A stretch of 64,000 bases of DNA, taken from NCBI GenBank assembly GCA_951812955.1, contig OX638340.1, forward strand, positions 3,200,001 to 3,264,000. Direction: 5' to 3'. This document shows positions 10,371 to 19,879 of the stretch, one piece after another. The position numbers and the translations under genes were made by a program. This DNA comes from an uncultured Gemmatimonadota bacterium. Lineage in GTDB: Bacteria > JAAXHH01. A model generated the notes under the pieces. The model was not told where the DNA came from. It made no database searches and saw nothing but the letters and a program-made list of their open reading frames with translations. Positions within the stretch are counted from its first letter, which is position 1. The number at the start of each line of letters is the position of its first letter.

Positions 10371-11365
10371 AGAAGCACGGAACCGGGTACGACGCGGTAA
10401 CCTGGGGCGAAGGTTTTCTGCGCCTTACACCTAGGGGGCGGGAACGATTCGAGCAGGCCTCGGGGTTCGACGTTACCGTGGCCGGCGGCGCCCTGGAGAC
10501 GGCGGTCGGACTCGCAAGGCTTGGCCTCCGTACGGCCTGGCTTTCGGTCGTGGGCGACACGCCCCTGGGCATGAAGCTGGTCAACAAGGTCCGGGAGCAT
10601 GGGGTGGACACGGATCGCGTGGCCCGGTTGCCTGGAGGACGCACCGGGCTGTGTTACGCCGAGACGGGTAGCGCGCCGAGGCCGACCCGGACCTGGTACG
10701 ACATGGACGATACCGCCTTCCGTTCAACCCGATCGGGCACGGAGGACTGGCCTTCCGATCGCGAAACGGCCGTCCTGCACCTGGACCTCACGGCGCCCAT
10801 GCTCGATGCCGTCAACGCCTCCAGACTGGAAGCCGCCCTCGAATGCACCCGGGCCGCGAACAACCCGGTCAGTCTCCTGTTGGACGTACCGGGCGGGGAG
10901 CGCCTCGACGATGAAGTAGAAAAGCGGGTAGTCGATCTCGTGGATGCCGCGGAAATCCTCATGTTGACGCTACGTTCCCTCGAGACGATCTGTGGGTTCG
11001 AAGGGCCGCTGGCCACGGCGGTCGATCTGGCACGGACCCGGTTCGGCGCGAAACACACGGTGGTCGTGGATCACCGTCTCCCCGCGGCCGGCGTGGCGAC
11101 CTGGAGTGGCATCGCGGTTTCCCCCACCGGCGAGGCGTTCGAAGACCGTATAGACGGGATCAGGGTGATCGACACCGACGGCGCGCTGGGAGCCTTCGCG
11201 GCAGGTTGTCTACTCGGTTTACAGGAGGACTGCACCCGTTCCGCCTTGCGGTACGGCAGTGCCGCTGCCGCCCTGGCCTGTTCCGTACCCGGACCTTTAA
11301 ACTGGTTCACCAGGGAGGACCTGGAATTGCAGATCGAAGGAACCGGATCGAGGCTTCAGCGTTAG
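10367..11365 (+). CDS. PfkB-family carbohydrate kinase (2-dehydro-3-deoxygluconokinase KdgK-like)
   Basis: Internal start MKKHGTGYDAVTWGEGFLRL; the start overlaps the recO stop (ATGA). The ribokinase-like fold is suggested by the N-terminal GE(G/C) pattern and the C-terminal DTDGALGAF(AAG) anion-hole-like segment. The long track ORF from 10121 is an upstream extension in the same frame. Confidence 0.7.
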   Translation: MKKHGTGYDAVTWGEGFLRLTPRGRERFEQASGFDVTVAGGALETAVGLARLGLRTAWLSVVGDTPLGMKLVNKVREHGVDTDRVARLPGGRTGLCYAETGSAPRPTRTWYDMDDTAFRSTRSGTEDWPSDRETAVLHLDLTAPMLDAVNASRLEAALECTRAANNPVSLLLDVPGGERLDDEVEKRVVDLVDAAEILMLTLRSLETICGFEGPLATAVDLARTRFGAKHTVVVDHRLPAAGVATWSGIAVSPTGEAFEDRIDGIRVIDTDGALGAFAAGCLLGLQEDCTRSALRYGSAAAALACSVPGPLNWFTREDLELQIEGTGSRLQR

Positions 11366-11381
11366 ATCGATACGGATAAGT

Positions 11382-11411
11382 CCCGGCCGGGTGCCGGGTT
11401 TTTGTTTTTTT
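11382..11411 (+). terminator. Rho-independent terminator after the kinase gene
   Basis: Hairpin cccggc-cgggt-gccggg followed by tttttgttttttt. Confidence 0.55.
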
Positions 11412-11792
11412 CGTGACTCAAATCGAAGGAAAAGTGCATCCGGATTGTAGGTATTAAGATAGCGTCAATGTACCCGAGGTCATTTCGATTGCAGAAACCA
11501 TGGACGACTCGATAATCACAACAGATCATTTCGACCGTCCGCCCCGGGCTCAAACCCATAAGAGGAGGCAGGAAGATGGCAGGAAGATTCCTTATCATGC
11601 GGTCCATCACGCGTCCCAAGCCCTTCGTCACTGACGCGGGCACGCCGATCTCGTCTCCGGAGTGTTGTTGGCGCAATCCCTGACATACAAATCTGGTCAG
11701 GGTAACTGACGCACGTCCTCCGGAGCCGCGAGACCCACGTCAAGCGGTGTTTTTTTTTCTTGAGCGAACTCAACCGGAGGTAGAATCACTTC

Positions 11793-12221
11793 ATGTATAA
11801 TCCTGAATTCTGGGAAATCCGATTGGAACAGATTGATCTGGAGCAGTTTCCCAATGAAGCGAATATCTGGTACGAGACGGGGGAGGATCGGGTGCACAGG
11901 TATCAGCGCGAAGACCGGGTGGACGAACTGGCCGACTCGGTCTACGATTTCCTTTCCCAGTATCTGACCCAGAAACAGTGCGAGGTCGTGGTGCTGTATT
12001 TCATTTATCAAAAGACCCAGCAGGAGGCAGCGGATATCCTGGGCATCTCCCGCAGGGTCGTGAGCCAGCACTTGTTCGGGATTTGTCGGGAAGGCAAGCA
12101 TATAGGGGGCGCGGTCAACAAGTTGCGCAAACTGTGTGCCCGGCATGGAATCGACTTTCAACCTGCCGAGCAGACGTTCGAGACGCAGGAATTCCGCGAC
12201 CGGCTCGCCATTTCCGCCTGA
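11793..12221 (+). CDS. Small protein with a sigma-70 region-4-type HTH only (standalone sigma4 domain / putative transcription regulator)
   Basis: 142 aa. LTQKQCEVVVLYFIYQKTQQEAADILGISRRVVSQHLFG matches the sigma-70 region 4 pattern (L..RQREV..L.....S..EIA..LGIS..TV), but there is no region 2. RBS GGAGGT lies upstream. Local GC is clearly below the window average. Confidence 0.5.
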   Translation: MYNPEFWEIRLEQIDLEQFPNEANIWYETGEDRVHRYQREDRVDELADSVYDFLSQYLTQKQCEVVVLYFIYQKTQQEAADILGISRRVVSQHLFGICREGKHIGGAVNKLRKLCARHGIDFQPAEQTFETQEFRDRLAISA

Positions 12222-12258
12222 AAGACCATCCCGTACCGCTTCATGCCACTACGGAAAA

Positions 12259-12289
12259 GCCGCCGGAAGCACCATCTGGCGGCTTTTTT
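12259..12289 (+). terminator. Rho-independent terminator after the sigma4-like gene
   Basis: gccgccgg-aagcaccat-ctggcggc hairpin followed by tttttt. Confidence 0.6.
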
Positions 12290-12306
12290 AGTGAAAGAGA
12301 ATAAGC

Positions 12307-12900
12307 TTGATGGATCGTGATAGATTCTCGGACGCGATAGAGCGTATAGACGCCGCCAACGGCGCCGATCCGGAAACGGAAGAAGCAGAGGGCCGAACCT
12401 GGCCGAAGGCGTTGCTGTACGGCGTGCGGATGTCCGCCTGCCTGGAGGAACTGGCGGCAGACGCGTCGGAAGCGCTGTGCCTCGCCGTGCGTTGCCAGCA
12501 TATTCAAAGGTGGAAGATACCCCGCGAGGATTATCCCGTGGGCCGGCTCGGTTACCGGCAGTGGAGAACGGAACTGGCCGGGTACCATGCCCAGACCGCG
12601 GGCTCGATCCTGCGGGATGCCGGTTATGACGACGCACTCGTAGACCGGGTGAAGTCCCTCGTCAGAAAGGAAAGACTCAAGGCCGACCCGGAGGCGCAGA
12701 CCCTCGAGGACGTTGCCTGCCTGGTGTTTTTCCGGTACTACCTGCCCGCATTCGCGAAAAAGCACAAAGAGGAGAAACTGGTCGAAATCCTGGCAAGGAC
12801 CTGGAAGAAGATGTCGCCCGCGGGCCGGGCCGCGGCTCGAGCCATCGCCTTGACACCCGTACTGAAATCGTTGCTGGACCGTGCGATCCGGCAAGGTTAA
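12307..12900 (+). CDS. DUF4202-family hypothetical protein
   Basis: 197 aa. N-terminus DRFSDAIERIDAANGADP resembles the conserved DUF4202 start (RF..AI..IDAANAEDP); otherwise no motifs. Confidence 0.5.
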   Translation: MMDRDRFSDAIERIDAANGADPETEEAEGRTWPKALLYGVRMSACLEELAADASEALCLAVRCQHIQRWKIPREDYPVGRLGYRQWRTELAGYHAQTAGSILRDAGYDDALVDRVKSLVRKERLKADPEAQTLEDVACLVFFRYYLPAFAKKHKEEKLVEILARTWKKMSPAGRAAARAIALTPVLKSLLDRAIRQG

Positions 12901-12914
12901 CGAGCGATCTTATC

Positions 12915-14267
12915 ATGACCGAACACCGTTCTCCCAATATCGTATTCGTTTTTGGTGATCAGCACCGTTGGTGCAGTACCGGATTCGGCGGAAGCCGCCA
13001 GGTGCGCACGCCTTACATGGACCGCATGGCCCGGGAAGGCGTCGCCTTCGATCTGGCAGTCGCCAACGTTCCGGTCTGCACGCCCTGGCGGGCGGCGTTT
13101 CTTACCGGACAGTATCCGTTGACGACCGGCATGTTCATGAACGACGTGCGGCTGCCAGTGGACCGGCCGACACTGGGGACGGTCCTGCGCGCCGCGGGCT
13201 ACCGGACCGCGTACATCGGCAAATGGCATCTCGACGGCCCGTCGCGGGGTGGATTCACGCCGCCGGGCCCGCGCAGACAGGGATTCGATTTCTGGGCCGT
13301 GGGAAACTGCACCCACGACTACATGCACTCCGTGTACTACCGGGATACGGACGCGCCGCTGTACTGGGACGGGTACGACGCGGAGGCACAGACTTCCCTG
13401 GCCATCGAATACATCCAATCCGGAAAGCGGGACAGTCCCTTCGCGCTGGTCCTGTCATGGGGGCCGCCGCACAATCCCTACGAGGCGGTGCCTGCCAGAT
13501 ACCGCGATCTGTATCCGGCGGACGAGATCGAGGTGCGTCCCAACTGTACCGACCCAAACCGTGACGACATTGCGGGATACTACGCCCACATAACGGCCCT
13601 TGACGATCAACTGGCGCGCCTGGGGAATGCCCTCGATGAACAGGGGCTGATGGAGAACACGGTGTTCGTCTATACGTCGGACCACGGTGACATGCTCGGA
13701 TCACAGGGCCGGCAGCGCAAGCAGCACCCCTGGGACGAGTCCATCCGCGTCCCCTTCGTCATGCGTTGCCCGGACCAGGCGTACGGGGGGCTTCGCATCG
13801 AAACGCCGTTCAACGTGGTGGACATCATGCCGACGCTGCTCGGCCTGACCGGAATTCCCGCCCCCGGCGCCTGCGAGGGCAGGGACCACGCTCCGGCGGT
13901 GCGAGGCGACAACTTTACGGGAAACGAAGCCGCCTATATCATGAGTATCGTGCCCTTTTCGGAATACCGGGGCCAGCCCTGGCGGGGCATCCGGACCGAC
14001 GGGCATACCTACGTACGCAATCTCGACGGCCCCTGGCTGCTGTATGACAACCGGGAAGATCCCTGCCAGATGAGCAACCTGGCCGGCAGGGAAGAACATG
14101 CGGCGTTGCAGCGCCGGTTGGACGAACAACTGGAGAAAGAGATGGTCCGCCGGGGCGACGCACTGCTCCCCGCCGAGCATTACTTGGAGCGATTCGGCTA
14201 TGAAGTGAACGAAGTCGGCGCGATCCCGCACGACAATGCGGTTCGCCCGCCGGATCGACGCGCTTAG
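12915..14267 (+). CDS. Sulfatase (formylglycine-dependent arylsulfatase family)
   Basis: 450 aa. CTPWRAAFLTGQYP matches the C-x-P-x-R formylglycine motif plus the downstream LTG.YP. Also GKWHLDG and YTSDHGDMLGSQG. Confidence 0.85.
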   Translation: MTEHRSPNIVFVFGDQHRWCSTGFGGSRQVRTPYMDRMAREGVAFDLAVANVPVCTPWRAAFLTGQYPLTTGMFMNDVRLPVDRPTLGTVLRAAGYRTAYIGKWHLDGPSRGGFTPPGPRRQGFDFWAVGNCTHDYMHSVYYRDTDAPLYWDGYDAEAQTSLAIEYIQSGKRDSPFALVLSWGPPHNPYEAVPARYRDLYPADEIEVRPNCTDPNRDDIAGYYAHITALDDQLARLGNALDEQGLMENTVFVYTSDHGDMLGSQGRQRKQHPWDESIRVPFVMRCPDQAYGGLRIETPFNVVDIMPTLLGLTGIPAPGACEGRDHAPAVRGDNFTGNEAAYIMSIVPFSEYRGQPWRGIRTDGHTYVRNLDGPWLLYDNREDPCQMSNLAGREEHAALQRRLDEQLEKEMVRRGDALLPAEHYLERFGYEVNEVGAIPHDNAVRPPDRRA

Positions 14268-14309
14268 CCGGACCATGGCAACGATCCATTGAGACAAAGA
14301 GGTGACAAG

Positions 14310-17300
14310 ATGGCGGAGCAGGCCAATCTGCGCCTGATCGACCCCGTGCGGGATGCCGCGGCAATCGCCGAGATGTGGAACGAGAGCGATCTCGAGTGGC
14401 CCGGTACGTGGAACGGCGGCGTGCCCGCGGCGGCGCGGGATTACCGGGACTGGCACGAACGGAATGAATGCACTGCGGTCTATGTGTGGGCGGAGGGGGA
14501 GAAGATCGGCGGATACTGTTCCCTGGTATACGACAAGGACGATGACGAAGCCCTGTACCTCGCTCTGCTGAACGTGTCACCGCGTTTCCAGGGCCGGAGC
14601 ATCGGCCGGCGGATGCTCGTCCGCTCGGTGGAGAGGACCATCGAGGACAAGAAGACCCACCTCGATCTCGATACCTGGTCGGGGAACGTGAAGGCGATGG
14701 CGCCATACAAGCGGACGGGTTTCTTCTGGGACGCCGAAGCCTGGCCGTTGATGCGCAATTATATGCCCGCGATCCTTTCCATGCCGTGCACTCGGTACTT
14801 CTTCGACCGGCACGACTGGTACGAATCCCTGCAGAGGTCGATCGAGCAGGTGCCCGACGAGGAAGAATGGGAGGGACTTCGCGTATTCACTTACCGTTTC
14901 GTCGCTCGAGGGAACCGCTCATCGTCGGACTGTGGTGGCGCCGCGGGCGGCGCCGGCCCCGGCGGCCTGACACCACCGTCCGATGGGGCCGCGTCTGCCG
15001 AAAACCGGGAGGAATTGACGGTCCGGGTGGACCGGGAGGCCCGGCACGTGACGGCGGTGGAGACGGCGGAGTTGGCTGCGTGTGCGACGGTTGACGACAT
15101 CGAGCCGGTGCGGGGCGGCCGGACCACCCTGCGGTGGAGATTGCAAAACCGTAAGGATAAACCGGTTACTTTCTGGTTGACGGCGAAGGAGTCTGGCGAC
15201 CTGTCCATCGACTTTCACCATCGGGAGACCTTAGGCCCAGGTGAGACGGCTATTCTGGAGGCGCCGGTCAGCGTATCGGAAAAGGCCGTGGCCGTGGACA
15301 GGGATAAAACCGCACCGAGGGTCCGCACGGAGATCCGTTGGGACGATCTTCCCATCGTGCTCGCCACGGGCATTCGTCCGCGGGTCGAGATGACTTTCTC
15401 CATTGATCCCGGGGAGATCACGCTGGCGCCCGGCACACCACAGCTTGTGCGCGTAATCCTACACAGCCAACTGCCCGATGACGTCGAAGCGCAGGTCCGT
15501 CTCACCGTCTCAGACGGGCTTTCTGTGGACCGAAGCGCACACTCCGTCGCGGTTCCCGCCCGGGGGTACGGCGGATTCGAAACGGTCATCGAGGCGGACA
15601 GCCAGGGCGTTTTCGAATTGATCCTTTCGGGACGGGTGGAATGGAAGGGCGGAACGGTCGACCTGGCGGATTCGAAACACGCCGTCTTCGCGTTGGAACC
15701 GGGCGGACTGCTGTGTCACCAGGACGGTGCGGTACGGTTCGAGAACGAGATTTTCAGGGCCACCCTGGAGGCCGGGGGCGGCCAGTTGAAGATCAGGGAC
15801 CGGGCTACCGGGGGGTATCTGGGTACGGAAGGCGCGCGCCCGATTCCGCCGAAGTGGCCCAGCGAATACAGCGAATCGGACTTCAGGCTGAAAGCCGAAA
15901 GGGACGGGCACGGTGTCGTTCTCACGGCGACCTATGCACCGAAGAAAACGCCCGGCCTAATCTTCAGCCGGATCATCCGGTTGAACGCCGGCCCGGTCAT
16001 ATCCGTGGAGCACAGGTTGGAGAATACCGGATTCGACCCCCGAACCTTTCGCCTCTACCAGTTCGTGACGAACGGGGGCGCTGAGCTTTCGACACTGACG
16101 TTGCCGTTCCCGGAAGGGATGCTGAGCGTGCCGTGCGCCGACCGTCCCGCGCCGGATGACTACGACTTCAAGCACGGTGATTCATTCGCTGAGCGGTGGG
16201 GCGCATTTGAAATGGCTCACGGGACCATCGGGGTCCTCTGGCCCGGCGACCTGGACGAGATCGAATGGAACGGGTACGAATACCAGTCGGTGAGCCGGGA
16301 GACGACCTGCGCGCCGCAGTCTCGGGTATCCATTGGCCAGCTTCGTCTCTTCGTCGGTGCCGATGGATGGCGGGGCGTGCGCCGAGTCTGGCAACGGACG
16401 AACGGGCACCAGGTCGACCAGACAGTTCCACTCCCGCCGATTCTGAACGAATTCGAGGTGTCAGTCGATCCACCGATGGCCGTGGTCACAGGGGAAGAGG
16501 CCGATATCCGGTTCCGCGTGAAGCAATGGAAGACCCGGAAGGCCAGCGGAACCGTCACGTTTTTCATGCCCGACGGCTGGCGCTGCGATCCCATGTGGTT
16601 TTCTTTCTCGGATATAGACTGGCAACGACCCTTCGAAGGTTCGGTGCGACTGTCCACTTCCCAACCCCCGGGTGTGTACAACGGCCGGATGTTACTCGAA
16701 GGCGGGGAGCGCAACGTCGAGGCCGAACTGCCCCTCGTCCGGCTGACCGACGGGTCGGCCGTGGAGGTCCACGATGTGGAAACCGCTGGCCACAGGGTGT
16801 ATACCCTTCGAAACCAGCGGCTCGAGATCGATGTAGCTCCTTCCTTCCTCGGTTCCGTGAGCGCTATCCGGGACGCGGGAGGCGAATGCAATCATCTGGC
16901 TACCGCCTTTCCGAAACCCAGTGCTTTCGGCTGGAGCTACCCCTGGTATGGCGGACTGCAGCCCGAGGTATCATTGGACCGCCTGTCATGGACTGCGTCA
17001 CTCGAAGGCGAGGGTTTCACCGTGGAAACCGTCTCGTGTGCAGACGCCCTCGGCACGGAATGGACGGGCCTGCGCCAGCGTGCGCCGTTGTCGAAAGAAG
17101 CATCCCGAGGCCTTACCCTGGAACTCGATACCCTGACCCTGGGGAACAGTCCGGTTGTCAAGCTGGTATGGAGGCTGGTCAACGAGGGCGATGCCCACCG
17201 GAATCTGAGCGGAGGATGGAATCTGTTTCTGCAGCCCGACGGCGAACTGGACGACACCGTCCTGTTCTCGGCGGACTACGAACGAAAACAGAATCCCTGG

Positions 17301-17546
17301 TATTGCGACCACCGTGCCGGATCATGGGCTGCCGCCGCCAACCCGCGCACCGGGAGGACTTTCATACTGGTGTCGCCAGGGAATGAAGTCCGAATGGAGA
17401 GTTGGGGCACAGATGGGGGACACCTGAAGCTCAAGAAGAAGCACGAGGTCCCCGCCAGGGGCCGCTCGGAGATGACCGCGTATCTCGTCCTTGCCGGCTC
17501 CAGGGAAGAAGCGCGCCGCTATGCGATATTGAAGGATCTGCCCTGA
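14310..17546 (+). CDS. Large cytoplasmic protein: N-terminal GNAT N-acetyltransferase domain fused to about 900 aa of uncharacterised beta-rich sequence
   Basis: RBS AAGAGG 8 nt before the ATG at 14310. GNAT acetyl-CoA motif RFQGRSIGRRML within residues about 90-105. No signal peptide or TM. The remainder has no motif I recognise. A Gly/Ala-rich linker (SSSDCGGAAGGAGPGG) separates the two parts. Confidence 0.55.
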   Translation: MAEQANLRLIDPVRDAAAIAEMWNESDLEWPGTWNGGVPAAARDYRDWHERNECTAVYVWAEGEKIGGYCSLVYDKDDDEALYLALLNVSPRFQGRSIGRRMLVRSVERTIEDKKTHLDLDTWSGNVKAMAPYKRTGFFWDAEAWPLMRNYMPAILSMPCTRYFFDRHDWYESLQRSIEQVPDEEEWEGLRVFTYRFVARGNRSSSDCGGAAGGAGPGGLTPPSDGAASAENREELTVRVDREARHVTAVETAELAACATVDDIEPVRGGRTTLRWRLQNRKDKPVTFWLTAKESGDLSIDFHHRETLGPGETAILEAPVSVSEKAVAVDRDKTAPRVRTEIRWDDLPIVLATGIRPRVEMTFSIDPGEITLAPGTPQLVRVILHSQLPDDVEAQVRLTVSDGLSVDRSAHSVAVPARGYGGFETVIEADSQGVFELILSGRVEWKGGTVDLADSKHAVFALEPGGLLCHQDGAVRFENEIFRATLEAGGGQLKIRDRATGGYLGTEGARPIPPKWPSEYSESDFRLKAERDGHGVVLTATYAPKKTPGLIFSRIIRLNAGPVISVEHRLENTGFDPRTFRLYQFVTNGGAELSTLTLPFPEGMLSVPCADRPAPDDYDFKHGDSFAERWGAFEMAHGTIGVLWPGDLDEIEWNGYEYQSVSRETTCAPQSRVSIGQLRLFVGADGWRGVRRVWQRTNGHQVDQTVPLPPILNEFEVSVDPPMAVVTGEEADIRFRVKQWKTRKASGTVTFFMPDGWRCDPMWFSFSDIDWQRPFEGSVRLSTSQPPGVYNGRMLLEGGERNVEAELPLVRLTDGSAVEVHDVETAGHRVYTLRNQRLEIDVAPSFLGSVSAIRDAGGECNHLATAFPKPSAFGWSYPWYGGLQPEVSLDRLSWTASLEGEGFTVETVSCADALGTEWTGLRQRAPLSKEASRGLTLELDTLTLGNSPVVKLVWRLVNEGDAHRNLSGGWNLFLQPDGELDDTVLFSADYERKQNPWYCDHRAGSWAAAANPRTGRTFILVSPGNEVRMESWGTDGGHLKLKKKHEVPARGRSEMTAYLVLAGSREEARRYAILKDLP

Positions 17547-17614
17547 TCCCGCGCCGGCCGTCGGGAATGTCCGGAAGCATGGTTCGGTCGGATCACATCA
17601 TCCGAATGGATGCT

Positions 17615-18415
17615 TCATCCCCCGAAACCGTTTGAGCCCCATAAATCCGGGTTTTCCGTCAGGATTTCGGGACCGTCAGACAGGATGGCTACCGTGTGTT
17701 CGAAGTGGGCGGATAACTTGCCGTCGGCGGTCGAAGTCGTCCATTCGTCGTCGAGAACCCGGATGCGGTGCGCACCCGCGCACACCATGGGTTCGATGGC
17801 GATGACCATGCCCGGCCTGAGTCGGATGCCGCGTTTCGGCCTGCCGTAATTTGGTACCTGCGGTTCCTCCCAGAGGCTGCGGCCGATCCCGTGTCCGCAT
17901 AATTCCCGCACCACGGAAAACCCGTGGGATTCCGCGTGTTTCTGCACCGCGTGGCCGATGTCGCCGATTCGATTCCCCGGCTTCGCTTCCTCAATCCCCT
18001 TGTACACCGAAGCTCTCGTGACGTCCAGCAACCGCTGCGCCTCGGGTGAAATACGGCCGACGGGGAAGGTAAAGGCCGTGTCGCCGTGGTATTCATCGAT
18101 GATCACGGCGAAGTCGAGACTGAGGATGTCCCCTTCCTCGACCGTCCGCCGCGGGCTGGGGATTCCATGCACGATCTCCTCATTGATGGACGCGCATATC
18201 GTGGCGGGAAAGGGCGGATGGAAGGTGGGCCTGTATCCCAGGAAGGAGGAAGTGGCTTCGTAGCCCCCAATCATCTTACGGGCGATTTGGTCCAGTTCGG
18301 ACGTGGCGACGCCCGGCTTGACGGCTTCACCCATGCGTTGCAGCGTTGCGGTCGCGGCCTGGCCGCTTCGCCTTATGGTCTCGATCTGTTTTTCAGTCTT
18401 GAGAATAACGCCCAT
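17615..18415 (-). CDS. map: Methionine aminopeptidase type I
   Basis: MGVILKTEKQIETIRRSGQ...; metal-ligand context D..D..H..E..E (DFAVIIDEYHGD, HGIGRSLWEEP, IEPM). The start was chosen at the internal Met of the track ORF. Confidence 0.9.
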   Translation of the reverse strand: MGVILKTEKQIETIRRSGQAATATLQRMGEAVKPGVATSELDQIARKMIGGYEATSSFLGYRPTFHPPFPATICASINEEIVHGIPSPRRTVEEGDILSLDFAVIIDEYHGDTAFTFPVGRISPEAQRLLDVTRASVYKGIEEAKPGNRIGDIGHAVQKHAESHGFSVVRELCGHGIGRSLWEEPQVPNYGRPKRGIRLRPGMVIAIEPMVCAGAHRIRVLDDEWTTSTADGKLSAHFEHTVAILSDGPEILTENPDLWGSNGFGG

Positions 18416-18461
18416 AGCCTGAATCCGGATGACATACAATGGGAAACAATGTGCTCGTTAC

Positions 18462-18509
18462 GATGCTCGTAGCGCCCGGGTATGCGATGCTCGTAGCGCC
18501 CGGGTATGC
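18462..18509. repeat. Perfect 24-bp tandem direct repeat (x2, with a degenerate third copy upstream) in the divergent map/aldolase intergenic region
   Basis: gatgctcgtagcgcccgggtatgc occurs twice back-to-back, preceded by tgctcgttac. Confidence 0.8.
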
Positions 18510-18809
18510 ACTCGAAAGGCATGATCCGGAACGCCCCAAGCAAAATACAGGAGAAAGGGATGAAGTCAAGCGCATTCAGCCGGGGCTTTGAATCGACGCG
18601 CGAGCGGTTCCACACGGCCTGAAGACGTCCGAGGATCACGCGTAGACCGCGCCGCTTCCTGATGCTGGCGCCGCGCTGCCGCTCCCTTAAATATCTTGTC
18701 CCGTTCACCGGCGGCGTGTATGTTCAGTCGCGGGGAATCACCCTGTTGATTGCGGCCGTCAAGACTTTGTAGCGTGTAAACCAGACACCAGGAGTAAGTG
18801 AATAGTATT

Positions 18810-19805
18810 ATGGACCAATCAGCTCTCAACGAAGCGCCCGCGAGAAAGTGGCTGACCTACCGCCCTGAGATCAAGCTCATAGACTGCACGATACGGGACG
18901 GCGGCCTGATGAACGACCACCGTTTCGACGCGGATACGGTCAGGGCGGTCTACCGGGCCTGTGTCGCCGGCGGGATCGACTACATGGAAATCGGTTATAT
19001 CAACTCACGGCAGATCTTTTCCCCCGATGAGCACGGACCCTGGAAGTTCTGTGCCGAAGAGGATATCCGGGGCATCGTGGGCGACAACGACACACCGCTC
19101 AAACTTGCGGCCATGGCCGACGCGGAGAAGTCGGACTACAAGACCGACATTCTGCCTGCCGAGGACAGCGTGCTGGACATGATTCGCATCGCTACCTACA
19201 TACATCAGATCCCCCTTGCGCTGGACATGATCCAGGACGCCCACGACAAGGGCTATGAGACCACACTGAACCTGATGGCGGCATCGACGGTGCCCGAAAG
19301 CGAGATCGACGAGGCGCTTGCCATGCTGGCCGAATCCCAGGTCGGCGCCGTCTACGTGGTGGACAGTTTCGGCGCGCTGTACAGCGAACAGGTCGAAGCG
19401 CTCGTGGACAAGTTCCTGAACGCCCTGCAATCCACCGACAAGCAGGTGGGCATCCACGCCCACAACAACCAGCAACTGGCCTTCGCCAATACCATCCAGG
19501 CGCTGATCCGCGGAGCGAACTACCTGGACGCCAGCCTTGCAGGCCTTGGCCGTGGTGCGGGCAACTGCCCCATGGAACTGATCGTCGGGTTTCTTCACAA
19601 TCCGAAGTTCCGCCTGCGTCCGTTGCTGGAATGCATACAGTACGATGTCGAACCGATGCGGGCCGATCTGATGTGGGGATTCGATATTCCTTATATGATT
19701 ACGGGCCTTATGAACCAGCATCCCCGGTCGGGCATGCGGTTCAACGCGGCGAAGGAGCGGGGCAGCATGGCCAGGTTCTACGACGAGATGGAGGACGCCG
19801 GCTGA
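18810..19805 (+). CDS. DRE-TIM metallolyase (HMGL-like / pyruvate carboxyltransferase-type aldolase)
   Basis: LIDCTIRDGGLMNDHRFD (the TxRDG metal-site motif), the ...IHAHNN... His-x-His and the GLGRGAGN motifs of the HMGL-like family. The start is ambiguous (GTG 18798 or ATG 18810). Confidence 0.65.
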   Translation: MDQSALNEAPARKWLTYRPEIKLIDCTIRDGGLMNDHRFDADTVRAVYRACVAGGIDYMEIGYINSRQIFSPDEHGPWKFCAEEDIRGIVGDNDTPLKLAAMADAEKSDYKTDILPAEDSVLDMIRIATYIHQIPLALDMIQDAHDKGYETTLNLMAASTVPESEIDEALAMLAESQVGAVYVVDSFGALYSEQVEALVDKFLNALQSTDKQVGIHAHNNQQLAFANTIQALIRGANYLDASLAGLGRGAGNCPMELIVGFLHNPKFRLRPLLECIQYDVEPMRADLMWGFDIPYMITGLMNQHPRSGMRFNAAKERGSMARFYDEMEDAG

Positions 19806-19879
19806 CTGTCATTGGATCCTGCTTACTGGCAAGTCCCGTTTTATAGCCCGGCACACCGGCACCGGAATTCAACCTTACC

